This document shows, in pieces, positions 47,853 through 61,799 of a stretch of DNA of 64,000 nt (positions are counted from its first letter, which is position 1; every line of letters starts with the position of its first letter). Source of the stretch: Lama guanicoe. Its lineage: Eukaryota. The translations under genes were made by a program, and so were the position numbers. Below the pieces are notes generated by a model. That model searched no databases and had not been told where the DNA came from. It saw only the letters and a list, made by a program, of their open reading frames with translations. The stretch spans positions 8,780,134-8,844,133 of the forward strand of contig MU056262.1 of the NCBI GenBank assembly GCA_013239625.1, in the 5' to 3' direction.

Positions 47853-48454
47853 TAAATGCTGGAGAGGGTGCAGAGAAAAGGGACCCCTCCCACACTGCTG
47901 GTGGGAATGTAAATTGGTGCGGCCACTATGGAGAACAGCATGGAAGTTCCTTAAAACATTAAAAATAGAGTTACCATATGATCCAGCATTCCCCCTTCTG
48001 GACATATATTCAGAAAAGATTAAAACTCTAATTCAAAAAGACACATGAACCTCAATTTTTACAGCAGCATTATTTACAACAGTCAAGACATGGAAGCAAC
48101 CTAAATGTTCATTTATCCAGATGAATAGATAAAGAAGACATAGTCTATACACACAATGGAATACTACTCAGCCATAAAAAATAATGAAATGATGCCACTC
48201 ATAGCAATGTGGATGGACCTAGAGATTATCATATAACTAAAGTCAGCCAGAGAAAGACAAATATATGAAATCACTTACATGTGGAATCTAAACAATTATA
48301 CAAATGAACTTATTTTCTAAACAGAAACAGACTCACAGACATAGAAAACAAGCTGATGGTTACTAAAAGGGAAAGGTTGTGTGGAAGAATAAACTGGGAT
48401 TTTGCAATGAACAGATACAAACTACTGTATATAAAATAGATAAACAACAACAAC
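47853..48454 (+). mobile_element. L1 (artiodactyl-type) ORF2 end and 3'UTR fragment with an approximately 17-bp TSD
   Basis: Translates as CWRGCREKGPLPHCWWECKLVRPLWRTAWKFLKTLKIELPYDPA (L1 ORF2 C-terminus). TSD aaaggggcttcacccaa (47836-47852) and aaagggggcttcatccaa (48455-48472). Confidence 0.9.
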
Positions 48455-48659
48455 AAAGGGGGCTTCATCCAACACTACAGTGTGGGACACTCCTGCCTGC
48501 TCACCAGATTCCTGGTGGGCTGATGACCCCACTTTATGGGTGGTGGCCCAGAGGCCCAGGGTTGTTGAATGACCAGCCCATCCACACAACCTAGGAGAAC
48601 CCTGAAGGCAGGGTAGCTGTTCTGCCCAGCAGGAGGAAAAGGCATCAGAGGGCGCTCAC

Positions 48660-48831
48660 GTAATGAAGTCCAGGAAGCTGGCGAGCGGCTCATAGGCATG
48701 GTTCCTCATGTGCCGGAACTCCACCACCATCTTCTCCTTGAGCCGGTCGTCAATGACGGACACTGTCAGCGGTGATGCCTCATTAGCCAGGAAGTTGCCA
48801 TAGTCAGTGCTCTGCAGGTGCAGCTTCAGGT
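48660..48831 (-). CDS. ATP6V0D1: ATP6V0D1 exon 2 ([58 protein letters not shown]); exon 1 lies beyond the window
   Basis: 172 nt. Acceptor gtttcag|, donor AC|gtgagc. No exon 1 or CpG-island promoter seen in 48.8-64 kb. Confidence 0.97.
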
Positions 48832-51800
48832 CTGAAACCCAAGGGTGGGAGTGAGAGCCAGTAGTGCTGAGCCTCTTCCCCAGGACCCTAAGTCCCCATC
48901 GGCCCCTGTTCCCCTGCAATTGTGTCCTGCTGCTACCCTGACCTGTCCCCACCGCAACCTCTCTGTTGGCTCAGAGCCCACTCCAGGGAAGTCAGGCCAA
49001 GGCCCTGGAGATGCCCCAGACCCCTGGGCCATGAGCCAGGACACTGGGCCCCAGAGTCCAAATACAAGTAGAACCATTGTTCCCCCAAATGAGACAAGAA
49101 CGTCTGGGAAACTCCAACCCAAGATGTCATTCACAACCCACAGCCTTTGAGGCTCTTCTGCATGGTGGGCTCCAGGATGGCCCTAACTTAGAGCAGAATA
49201 AGACATGCTGCCTACCCTTAGGAGCCTCAGGGTTAGAGAAGCAAGCCATCATACTCCCAGGCAGAAACATGCATATGAAATGAAGGAGCTGTCCTGAGCC
49301 ACTGGAGTAAAGTGGAGATGGCACCAAGATAAGACTGAAAGGATGAAAGGCAGGCCAGGCCAGGCAAAGGGCAGGGACAGGAAAGTACAAAGGAAACAGC
49401 TGGCATGACTGACAAGTGGCCTAGAGAGTAACTGAGTGGTGTGAAAGCTGGGAAGAAAGACTGGCTTTTCTCTAGATTGACTGAAAGCAGGCAAACCAAT
49501 CCCACGGGCTCTCCTGAGTTCTTAAGAGCAGGCGTGAGGAAAAAGGGAGGAGAGGGCAGAGCAGAAGGGCCCTGGGGAGGCAGGACAGGTGAGCCTCAGG
49601 GGGATCATGGCAACAACCTAACAGTCTCTCAGCTTTTGCCCACCCACCCCAGTCTATTCTCCACCCAGCAGTTAGAGTGGTCTTAAAACACCAGGCAGAC
49701 TCCATCACTCATCTGCACATCCCCCTCAGGGCCTTTCCCTGTCCCCTTGTCTGGAGAGTGATGAGCTCTCTTCAAATGTTCCTCTTCAGAGGCCTCTCCT
49801 GCAGCCCCACCCCTCTGTCCCTTCACTTGTGCCACTCTTCTTTGTAACACATCCCACGTGGCACACGTCACATAAACCACAATAGCAGGGACTTTGGGTC
49901 ACTGCAGTACCCTAGAGCTTAGAACAGAGTATGTTCTGGTGCATTTTAACTAACTGTGTAATGAATGAAAGACTGGGGAGAGTTGTGAAGATAGCAGGAG
50001 GGTTTACACCTGGATTTTCAAACAGGGTACACTGTGGTAGTGATGGCAGTGCCAAGAACAGTGGCTGAGGAGGGCCCTGCGTGTGCAAGTGCATGCATGT
50101 GTGTATTAAGGCTCAACAACGGAAGCTAGCTTCTGCTGATTGAGGACCGCATGCTTTCTGTCTCCTGGGAAGGCTGCTCAGAGAATGACAGGAAGGATCA
50201 CATGTGTGAACATTTCCACAAGCACCTGTCCCACCACTTGGCTAAGGCATCCCCGAGCGTCTGTGGTCCATGCTATCCTGGGCTGAAAGGAAAAGTGGTC
50301 CATGCTATCCTGGTCAGAAAGGAAACATGAGTGGTGCACATCATTGCTCTACAGACTTAGGGGATCCCTGTGATGACCCTTCTCCTGTACCTCATCAGGA
50401 GAAGAATGCTCCCAGCTTGAAGTCAGCTGTGCCAAAGAAGAGATGGACGAATGTATGGGAAGGAGGGGTGTGCACACCACTGGGGTGGATACTTTCCATC
50501 TGGATCTCTTGGTGGCACCTGGGTGGCAGGTAGCATTGTGGCTCCTGGGGACTCAGAGTAGATTTTAACCTCATGAGGCCTGCAGAAGGCTGTCATCATT
50601 TGCTGCTTTTACCATCACTCTACCATTCACACCTTTTTCCCCATGGCCACTCAAAAGAGGGACAGAATAAAAGGTGGGGAAGGGAGAAGCCACCAGCCCC
50701 CTGCTCTGCCCCATAGAACCTGCTGTCTTTTTGCCCAGGAGGTGTGCGCACACCTATGTCCTTGCCCCAGGCTATCTGCCATGAGCCCCTGCCCTGGGCT
50801 CTGTTCCTCCCCATCCTCACTAGTCCAGCCAAGGACCACCTATGCCAGGAATAAGACATAGCTAAGAGAAGGTGCCTTTGCTCAGTAATACTCAAGTTGT
50901 TGCAATATTTGATTATGCATTTGGTTGTTACAGAAAAATCTGTAATTGTAATTGAAGGGTTTCCCTGTAACAGCATACGCCTGTATTTCTACCTCTAGTA
51001 ATGGGTTTTATGTGCTAGATTTTAATATCTTTGACTCTGGATAAGTGCACAAGTTAAAAGAAAACAACAACATGGTTTACTTGCACAAAACTGATCAGTT
51101 TTGAGAGATCCTCAATGCCCCTGAAGTGATTTTTGTGGGTATGAAACAAATGGTGAGAATATGAATTGTTCCCTCTTATTTTCACTGAAATTAAGTCTAC
51201 TTAATTTATCAAGTCATATTCATGCCTGGATTTTAATATACTTTTATCTATCAATAAACATTGTGAAACTTGAAAAAGCAAGCAGGCAGGGAGTTCTGGC
51301 CTGGGAACAGCAGGTGCTCCAAGCGCCACTAGGGGAAGCCGCAGGGTGGACAGCCACTGAAAGCCCAGGTGGGGATGTGGTATTCTGGGTTAGATGGTCT
51401 GGCGCAACAGCTCTCAGCCCAAACCTGTCTGTTTATCCATCCAGCCACCACAGCCGGAAAAGAGCCCTTCTTAGGCGGTGAGACTCCTTCCTCTCCAGGT
51501 CATAGCCTGGGCCTGGAAGCTAGGCCAGGTGCATAGGGCAAAACCCAGTGCTCCTGGCAGGGCCCCTCATGCCAGTGGCCCCACTATTCTCTAGGACAGT
51601 GAGTTCTGGCCCTGGACTGCAGTCCAGCCTCCTGATTCCTACCCTCCAAAGCAGTCAGGGACCAGGCCCCCACAGGCACCCTTGCACATGCTGCTGGGAG
51701 GCTTCCCCAAGTGCTATGCAGTCACCTCCACTCTAGCCGCATAAGCTCTCCAGCAGTGGGGAACTTCTCTGTCCCAGCCTTGTCTTTGCTCCATGTGGTT

Positions 51801-54800
51801 TTCTCCCTGGGAAGGCTCGCTCCATGACTCCCTCACTGCCAAGCACCCTCCCCCCTCTTCAGCCCCCACCAACTCAATCTCACCTGGCACTGGTCAGGTG
51901 GAAGTCAGCACCCCCAAAAGGGGAGAACCAAGACCCACTCTAGCTAGAAACAGATGGGGCTCTGCTGAGTACCAAGCCCTATGCCAGGAGCAAACTGTGT
52001 GCTAGACCTCCCAGCCATTCCCATTTCACAGATTCAGAAAAGAGAAATCAGAAGGAACATTAAACGTGTCCAAGAGTCCCACAGTGAAGCATAGAGGGGC
52101 CAGGATATGGATCAGGCCTCATGGATTCTCTCCATCCTCAGCTCTGGTCTCCACTCCTCCCCAGTCCTTTACATTTTTGACCACATTCTCCCACAACTCT
52201 CGGCCCAGGACGAGCCTTTCAGATATAGACCCTGCTGCGCATGCAGACTTAAGTCCCAGAAGAGCTGGTAGGTGGCAGAGCAGTGAGAGGGGCCAGAGCA
52301 GACCCCCTCCATGACCTTGGAGGCAGCCTGGACACTCACTGCCCACCTGACAGAGGCCCTAGGCTGTCATGACTCGTGGGCAAGCCCCTTTGGCATTACT
52401 TGTGGCATCAGCCATTCCTAGAGAAGCTCATGCATGTGAATGAGAGGGGCAAAGCTGAGGGGTGGGCTCTCCATTGCACGCCCCCCACTCCTGGGGCTTA
52501 GCATGGGCCTTAAAGCAAACATCCCTGTGCCTTGGCCGCTGAGTTTTGCTGACACTGCATTTGGGGACTTGGCTGCTGGAATGCAGACGGCCGGGTGGTT
52601 TCTGCTGGCGTTTGTCGGATCAGAGCAAACCCGGGAGACTCTACTGAGAATCCCGCCCAAGGCCTGAGGAGTCTTCCTTACCAGAAAACTCATTTTTAAA
52701 AGCCCCCCAGTGACGATGTCAAAGGGCCACTGCAGACCACTTTCCCTGGCCACCCCCCACTTCTCTCTGTGATCCAGGGAGCGGGGACAGCCCACCAGCC
52801 AAGAAGGCAACTTGGAAGCAACCAGACTAGCCAATCTCTCAGCTCGGACCACACAGGGCTTCTGAACCAGCTCTGACCCTGTTCAAGAAACCTGGCACCC
52901 AGGCCCAGCGGCTAGCCGCCCCAAGCACTTTACACAGTCCTCAGGCTGGAACACACCCATTAGAAACCACCCCCCCCCTCCAGTTTCCTGCTCTGAGAGA
53001 TGCGGAGGAGGTGTGACTGGGGGTGGGCTCTGAGCACAGGAGGAGAGGCCTGGAACTTGTTGAGAGCTTCGTGGGAGACTCAGCCACCCAGCCCTGGCCC
53101 AGTCCCCGAGGGCAGCCAAGGACGCCAAGGACTCTGGGAAGGCAGGGGCTAATTCTGCTCTGCACCCTGAGCTCAGCAGCCTGAAAGCCTCGGTGATGGC
53201 CCCTGAGAGCCCCAGACGTGCTTGGGCTGAAGCATGAGTAGTGTTCTGGTTAGCACAGACTCGGGGGACCGCTCTGGTCTACCCACAAGCCCAGCTGTCT
53301 ACCCCAAATCCTCCCATCCATGGCCCGGCACCAGGAATGTCTGGCCAGTTTGGGATCTCTCACAGCAAAAGACTTCCTCAGAGGCTGGTTTCTCATGTCC
53401 AAGAAGATGCTGCTGCTGTCAGGAAGTTCTCTCTGCAGTCCGATGTAACTCCTCCTCAGAGGAAGCTGATCAACTCAATTTCCCAATGCCTCCAGCCTCC
53501 CCTAAGGACCTTGGACCTACTCCCTCAACCCCACCCAGGACCTTCTCAGATCTCTTCTGCTCCCCAGTGTTGCCTGTCCTGATGTTCTGGTGAGACTATC
53601 CCCTCAACTTCACCTCCCAGGGGCTGCCCAGCCCCCTCATCACTATGGTGCCCTTTTGCTGGCCTTCTCCTCACTTCTTGGCTTCTTGCTCCCAAGTCCT
53701 CTCTCCATACCGTCACCAGAGTGAAGTCCTCCAACTCCAACATGTCGCTGTCACTTTCACCCAGTGGCCCCCAAGGCCCCAGAGCTGGAGAGCTGGAGCC
53801 TGGCCTCCTAGCACAGCCTGTGAGGCCCCAGTCCCACACCCTCAGTCCTAGAACTGCCTCAGCCTTAGCCCTTGACTTTGCTCTACTGGTACTATCCTCT
53901 GGCTAGGGCAACCTGCCTGTGATCTCTGCCCCAAGTGGATCCTCCAGGGAAGTCCACGGGAAGCCCTTGAAGTCCAGAAAACAGGGCTGCTTCCTCAGGC
54001 TCAGCCAGAGAGGCTGGGTTGGGAGGGCACCCCTGTCCACCTAGAGGTTGCCTGTGTCAAAGGTCATTGCCCCAGCCCCAGCAGGATCCAGCTAAGCTCT
54101 GTGAAGGTGCGTGGGCAGGCTGCAGCCAGACACCATCTGGCATGGCTGTTCCTCCCAGGGCTCACAGGGCCGCACCAGACTCAAGCTGGCCCCACAGCTT
54201 CCACCTGTCCCTCCACAGCCTGCCTACCCCCAACCCAGGTCTTCTGGGCCAGGACCCCTCAGCAGCAGAGCCATGGCCCCTACTAGCACCTCTGATTACC
54301 ACCCTTGCTCCTGATTAGCAGGTAGGCATGGGGACCCCTAGCCTGTCCAACGCTCTCTCCTCTCTGTGGGACAAAGTGTGGGTTTGGCAGCCAGCTCCAG
54401 CCAGGACTTGAGAGGTGGCAGCTGGGCAGCCCTGCCTCCCATCCAGTTTCTGAAACCTTTCTCAGATCCTGGCAGCCCTGGAAGTGATCTTTCAGCCCCT
54501 CCAGGGCTCCCAAGGGCAGATAGCACGTGGCCTCTGCAGTCCCTTCCCAAGGTCCCCAGGGAGGCAGAAAGGGAAGATCTCAGTCCATGCCAGGGGTTGG
54601 TCCCATGCTGCCCCAGGGGACCAGCAGGCACAGAGGCAGCCCCTGGCACAGTACACTAGGCAGGGCAGCCCCCTGCTCTAGACTCACCCATGGCCTCATG
54701 GCCCACAGAGGGGCCCTGCTGGCCAGCTGGCCACGGCAGAGCGTGAGAGGACACTGTGTTCCCAGACTTCACTTCTGCTTTTCCAGAGGTCACTCAACGA

Positions 54801-57800
54801 CGCTCTCCTGGGGAGCTCAGGGGTTTTCAGGAATTGAGGCTGATGAGTGAAACCAGATGTGAAAATATGCTCCCTAGAGCCTAGCGTGCCCATCCTGCCA
54901 CTCCCTGAGGGGTGGTGGAGCCTTGGAGCCTGTTCTACCACTTCCCTGGGCCCAGGTGAAGGGGCTGCTTTGAAGGGCCTGGATCTGGGCTCTATGTCCA
55001 GTGCTCGTTCAGCTCCAGAGCCTCTCCAGTGCTGTATCATCCAGGGGCTCCAAGCAGGGAAGCTTAGACAGATGGATAGCTATGGACAGATGGCCAGGAT
55101 GGTGGCCCAATGGAGTCAGAAACCCCCCTCTCCGCTCAGCAAATGTACTGTATCTGAGTCTCCCCCCAGCCTCTGGGAGTGGAGGAGACCTCTTCTTCAT
55201 ATCAGCTCCAAAGCAGATGTGTACACTGGCCGGCTGGCTCTGCAGGGTCACAGTGCCACATCTGGAACTCCCAGCGTGGGAGCCACAGCATGGAAACCGT
55301 TAACCCTGGGTTTACCTGGGGTCTGCAGCACAGACTAAGCATCCTTCTCACCTCCAGGCCTCTGCCAGGGCCCATCACAGGCTCCCTGCAAACTTCATGT
55401 AACTATCTAACCCTGGGTTCCAACTCTTCCTATCAAATGCCAGCTCTTCCTCTCCTCCTGCAGGTGCCACCTGGCATTCCCCATCCAGACCCTTGGCATT
55501 GCCCCCTCCCCAAACTGAGGCGTCTATGGCCTCTTGCCAGCCCAGTACAAGTCCACCCATCACCCATCAGTTGGTCCATGCAGAGCCACAGCCCCCATCT
55601 GCAGCCCCATTTGCCAGATTACTGGTTTCAGAACATGGCTCTTTAGGTGGCTGAGTGGAGCAGGGGAGAGAGAGACCCTGGGCTTTGGGGCCACCGTGAC
55701 CCCGGTTCAAATCCTATCCCATGGCTTGGCCCTAAGCAGCTTGTAGAATCTCTGGACTCAGGCCCCTGGCCAGTAACCTGATTAAAGGGTCTGCAATACC
55801 AGCTTTCCAGGGTACTCACCACAGATACGGAACAGAGGAAGGGTTATATGGAGAAAACTGAGCACAGCACACCAGTCTCTCTCTCCTGGCAGAGAGGGTC
55901 CCACCAGAGCCTCCCAACTGACAGGCTCAGCCCCAATCAGGCGGTCTGTGTTCTGACTCCAGGCTGTTGCTCAGGCTGTCCTACTCAGCGCTCCACAGGG
56001 TGCCCCTGCCCTTCCTTCCCATGGCCCTGATCCTTCTACCCGGGCTCCACATGTCCTCTCCCCACATCACAAAGGCTGCAGAGGCCCCTGTGCAGCACAG
56101 GCACGCACACACACACAGACCCCACTCTGCTACCTCCTGGGGAAGGACAAACAGAGCTGGCTCAAAATCTGGGACTCCTGTCCTCAGGCCCATGTCTCAC
56201 GTCACCTACCAGCAGGATCATAGACAGCTGCTGCACAGCCAGGCCCCAGGGAAAGGAACAGAGGCTAGGACCCAGCTCTGCACCACCTACCACCCAGTGA
56301 GCTGCTTCCCTGGGGCCCGCGGGAGCAGGCAGGAGGTGGTGCAGCCAAGGGCAGCTCTTGCTCCATGGGAAGCCCCTGGGCTGGCGAGCCAGCAGTCTCG
56401 GGAAGAACCTGGAGTCTACTGCTGGCACAGCCATATGCAAGTTACTGGGTTTCAGCTGGCATGAAACAGAGATTCTGCAGGGAAAGGACAGCAAGTTCTC
56501 CTTCCTCAGTCCCTAGACTGGCATTTTATTTCACACTGGAGGCCTTTCAGTGAGGTGTGGCATTCCCAGAAGGGGGATGGGGCTGATCCCCAGAGGTGAC
56601 CCAGCTGACACCAGGGTCGGTGGCACCATCCAGCAGGTACAGGGATCTGATAAGCGGGAGTGTCACGCCCCTTATCTAGGAGGCAGCAGGATGTCTGACT
56701 CAGGTTTACCACCCTTCTCCATGCTCCAAGACAGGTGGCAGGTGGTAGCAGAAGCACATTTAATTACCCTCATGCTCTCAGAAACACCTCATCTCCATGG
56801 CTCGGAGAATGAATACATCACTCACAGCCCATGAGGAAATCAGTTCAGCCAATGATCAGGAGGGTGCCAGGCAGGTGACGGTCCCATGTGCCAAAGGGAG
56901 GGGCAGAACTAGTTACTGCTGCACCCAGGGCAAGTTCTAAGAAGCTCTCCTCTGACTGGGTGGAGAAGGAGACCTGCCTGGATAGCCCCTCCCCAGGACA
57001 TCCCCACCCAGGGCCCGAGGGCTCCACGGGACTGGCATGTCCCTCAGGAGATGTAGGGCTTGGAGGGCAGCTTCCCTTGTTCCCCTGCTGCAGCCCAGGT
57101 TGAGAATCAAGTGAGCCAGCCTCACCCTGGGAGGCAGGGCCACACCTCTGCTGCTGCCTTGTACTTTAACCTTAAGCAAGCTCTCTCTTCTCCAGGTTTG
57201 CGACCATAGCTATAGCGCCTGCAGGATGGAGTGGATCTGGGGCTGCAAGGGAAGAGCTTTTTTTCATTTTCCCAAAGGCATAAGTTCGCCTGGGTGTTAA
57301 GTGAGAGAGGTGAAATGGTGTGGGGTGGCCTGGAGTCAGGCAACCTAGAGAAGGCCAGCTATGGCAAGGAGCTCCTGAAAAGCTGGTCTATGCCCATGTC
57401 TGGCTCCCAGGTCCACTGGCCCACACCACCTGAGTGATCCTCTCAGCCACAGATGCTGAGCTTTTGTTTCACATGCACAGGCCTCTGGAGGAAGGACACT
57501 AATAAAAGTTGGAGCTCACTTCAATGGGAGGAAAGCAGTTTTAAGACCCCCAGAGGCTGCTGTTCCCAGTGAGATTAAGCCAGGTCAGGCTGGATCCTGG
57601 CTGGAGCATCTTGCCAGCTACATGGTACCTAGAATCAAAGCTATGGAAATACCTTTGTCCTATGGATGGGCTCACAATCATGCCTCATTTGGGGCTGTGA
57701 TCCATGCTGTTCTCAGCACAAAGCCTCATTTCCCTGCAGCTCACAGAAACAAGACCAAGCAACCCAGGCCAAGAGCAGAGTTGATCCATTCTATACCCAT

Positions 57801-60800
57801 GCCCAGAAGAACCAAGAGGCTTGGGCCAGGCAGTAAGTGGCAGGAGCAGTAGCATGCATCCAAGCTGGTCCTGTATAGAACCCCTGACCCCCTCACCCAC
57901 CCTGCTCAAGGGCCTGATGGGACACGTGCAGGGAAAGCAGTAATATGCCAGACTGAGCGTGATAAGCACTGAGGATGTGAGTCAGTCCCTGGGAGAGGGT
58001 GGTCACCTGCTCAGGGAGTCCCAAAGCAGAGGCTAGGTGGAGGAATGGGGGTGACAGGGAGGCAGGAAGCCTGGGCCAGGCCTGAGGGATAACATTCCAG
58101 GACCCTGATTTCCCCCAAACCTTGCCACATGGATCCAGCCTGGAGCTTAAAGTATTGAGGGTCGGGGGAAATGGGTGAGCTATAACCTGTCAGCCTTGGG
58201 GCCTTGTCTGCTGGGTCATGGGTTGCAGCTCACCCATATTCCTCAACTCTCAACCCTTAATTTCCAAGCTAGATACCATGGACAAGGCCTGGGGGAATGG
58301 CAAGGGCCCCAGAAACAGGGCTTCTTTCACCTGTCTCCTCATTCCTGAGTTGGGGGCTGGGTATGCAGAAGAACAGCATAGGCCTCCTTCAGTGAACAAA
58401 TGAAAGAAAGAATCCAAATATGTAGAGTGACTAAACAGTAGAAGGCAACGTGAGTGTCAGGAGACCATAAGCAAGGCCTTGGGCTTCACCTGGACCCAGT
58501 TTCCCAGGTAAAATAAGAAGAGTGGCTAAGGTTACCTCCAGGGGCCTGACCAGCTCTGACACTCCCTACTTGGTCAGGCCTGAATCACATTGACTCCCTG
58601 CAGCCCCAGTCCCTGAGGGCCACTCAGGGCCTTGGGTGAGTCCAGAGGCCTTGGTACCCATGAAGCAACCCTGGCAGAACTGACAGCAGGTGCAGGGGAG
58701 GCCCGGAGCTGTGGAGCAGCGGCGGGCAGGAAAGGCCAAGTTGCAGCAGTGAAGACACCACAGATGACTCCTCAGAGGGGAAAGCCCCATCCGCCAGCCA
58801 AACATGAAGCCTCAGCTGAGGTCAAAGCCTGAAAACCATTGCCTGAATGGCCAAGAGGGGGACAAGGTCTGGCGTAGGGCCAGGCCACAGTTGTCCAGGA
58901 AAGCAGTGCCCGGCACCCAGTCAGGGCTATTTCTCCACACACCCCTCCCCCAGCCACAAGTCTGCCTGCCACCCTTCAGGACCACCCACACTCACATGGG
59001 GGCAGCCCCACCCCAGCCCTTCAAGCTGCAGGGTGCTGGATACAGACAGGCAGAGCAGACAACAGGTTATACAACAGCAGCTGAGCCTACCAAGTGGCCC
59101 TTCAGGGTCCTGATTTTCGTGCCTCTAAAAGAGGACAAAGGCCAATATTCCTGGGCAGGATAGATTTTTTTTTTAGTCAGCTAAGGTGTAGGTGTTGGAA
59201 TTAGGCAGAAGCCAGGGAGGTCAGTGGAAAGACTCCTCTAAATTGGGGTGAAGGGTAGAGGAAGAGAACAGTCAATTATCTGACAACATGTATATCTACA
59301 GCCTAGAGAGTTTGCGGTGCCTAGTTTGAGCCTCTCCCAGAGTCACCCGACACACTCGTGCCTATATGTGCCACATGTACCCTTACATGACCCCTAAAGT
59401 GCTGAAGGAGGTTGGGAGGACAGGAGGTTATCCTGAGGATGAATTTTCCCTCTCCTGAAGAGACCAGAGCAGCAGGACCAGAGTGGAGACCACCTGGGGA
59501 AGGGTGGTGCTTCTGGGAGCCTGGGAAGCATGGCCCTGATCCCCTGGGCAGCCTCAAGCTCCTACCTGCAGCCCACAAGACCCTTGGTTCATAGCTAGCA
59601 CATTGTGCTGTAGCTGCTGGTCCAAGTCTGAGAGCTGCCAAAAAGACCCAGGTGGGGGTAAATGAGGACAGTGTGGTGGTCAAGGCTGGAGCAGCCTGAA
59701 ATGGGCACTAAATGGAGAGCATCAGGGAATGTTCCCTGACCTTCCCCTTCCTGACCCAGGAAGCTAGGACACAGCAAAGTGAAGGTGGGAAGAGATGGAC
59801 AGACGGGAGACACTGAGCCAGAAGCCCTACTTAATCTGGGCAGGCCAACTGGGACTTGGGTGAGGGAAGTAGAGCCCAGGGCAGAATCCCAAGGGACAGT
59901 GCTGAGCTGAGAAGCAGAGATGCACCAGTTGGTCTAGCCACACCCCCTACCCTGGCTCTGAGGCAGCCGAATAGTTCTGGTGCACCCTCTTGTGGCCAAA
60001 GGGAGGATGGCACTGTCAACAACCATAGGCTCTGCTCTGGCTTCCTAGGATTTAATCACAGCCTCAGATTCCTGGTCTGCATTCCCCCAGTCATTGATCC
60101 TTGGAAGAAGAAGCTGCAGACACCTGCAGAGCCATGCAGGAATGTGTCATAAAGAACAAGAATAGACCTGAGGTGGATGTGAGCCTGGGAAAGCCAGAAT
60201 GAAGACAAGGTGAGGTTGAGTCTAGTCATGAGGGACTGGTCTGTCCTGCATCAATGAAGACAGAGCCTTCTGAGGATGGGCATCCTCAACCCTCTACATT
60301 CTTATTCTCTAGTTCAGCTAGACCCTCCCAAATCTCCAAACTCCTTTATCCCCCGTCTCTAATGCCTAATGCTGTATCTTTTTTAAAAAGCAAGTGCTTC
60401 ATAACACAGAAACTGGACAATCTATGACATGGTGCACCCCTCCAGGATGGGGCATTTAGCTTCTCCTCCCCAGGACCCCACAGACGAGCCCCCTGCCAGT
60501 ACTAATAGAGTTGTCACTCATCCAATCATACAAATATCTATTGGGCACTCACTCTGGCTAGGCACTGTGCTGTTGAGTCCTAATAACCAGCAAGTGATTT
60601 CCGTTTCATTTTATAGGTGCGCAACTCAGCTTCAAGGCATTAAATCACATGCATAGTGTCACACAGTTGGTCAGAAAAGGAGCCCAGTCTGCCTGATGCT
60701 TGGCCTCATAGAGAACTCAAGAAAAGTCCTGGTGACCCAAAGACACCCTAGGGTCCGGACCTTGAGCAGGCACAGGTGATTTACAAGACAGATCATCATG

Positions 60801-61799
60801 TCCTCACATCTGTTCATTCTTGATGCCAACCCTTCTAACAAGCTGGAGTGCATCTGACAGCTGAGTCCAAAGCACAAGAACAGCTGCAGGTTAGAAAAGG
60901 AGTCTAGGGTGCTGTAGCAGGCACTCAGATCACAGGGGGCCAGGGACAAACTACTGGAGGTAGACCAGGGCCCTCAAGGACAGTGGTTCGGTTCCATCTC
61001 ATTTCAAGTCTTACAGCCCTAATTTGGGAGAAGCTCTGCTATGTTCAGTGTGTGCTGCAAAGAAAGCAAGAAAGTGAGACTAACACATTCCAGAAGGGTT
61101 CTATGCAAAATGTTTCAAATTTCGGTCTTTCCCACTCTGCCATCCAGAAAGTCTCATCTTCAAGGGTCCTGGATGGCTGACATTTGCCTGTGCTGAGGTC
61201 ACCTCAAAAGACCATAAGCATAGCTTTAGGCACTGGCTCCATCTCAGAAAGCAGGCCCAAGAAATCACTGAGTAATTCCAAAGACAAACATGTTATCACT
61301 CACCAGAGCAAGTCTTGACATAATCTCCTGGGGCAGGGCTTGTGAAACAGGGGTTATCAGTTCCTGTGTGGATTATCTTGACCATAAATAGCTTCCCAGA
61401 TAAGATCAGGCTAGAGAATATACCAGCACAAGATGTAATCGGTGAAGGGAAAGCAAGAGGTAGGGAGGGGAAGAAGGAGGGAAGGGGCAGGTGAGAGGTG
61501 AGCAGGTGAGTTGTACCTGGACGGGACTTTGGGGCTCTGGTCTGAATGAAAAGAAGTGTCCAGCCTTAGCCTGGGCCCTCATGCATCCATGACTCTGAGT
61601 CTTTTTGTGTGAAGACAAGGGGTTTGGTGGGGGTTCCCTATGACTCAGATTAACCCTACGATGCTTTGAACCAACAGGTGGAGGAACGCCTCAGGGTCAG
61701 CAGCAGGGGTCTTGACTTGGACAGCTGAGGGGTAAGAGTACTTTCTCTTTGCTTGCCTGAATGTTCTAATTTCCTTTATTTTAGATATCTTTAGCACAT

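Noticed and set aside
47611-48048. 145-aa ORF
   Set aside because: Its C-terminal half is a decayed L1 ORF2 fragment, not a host gene.
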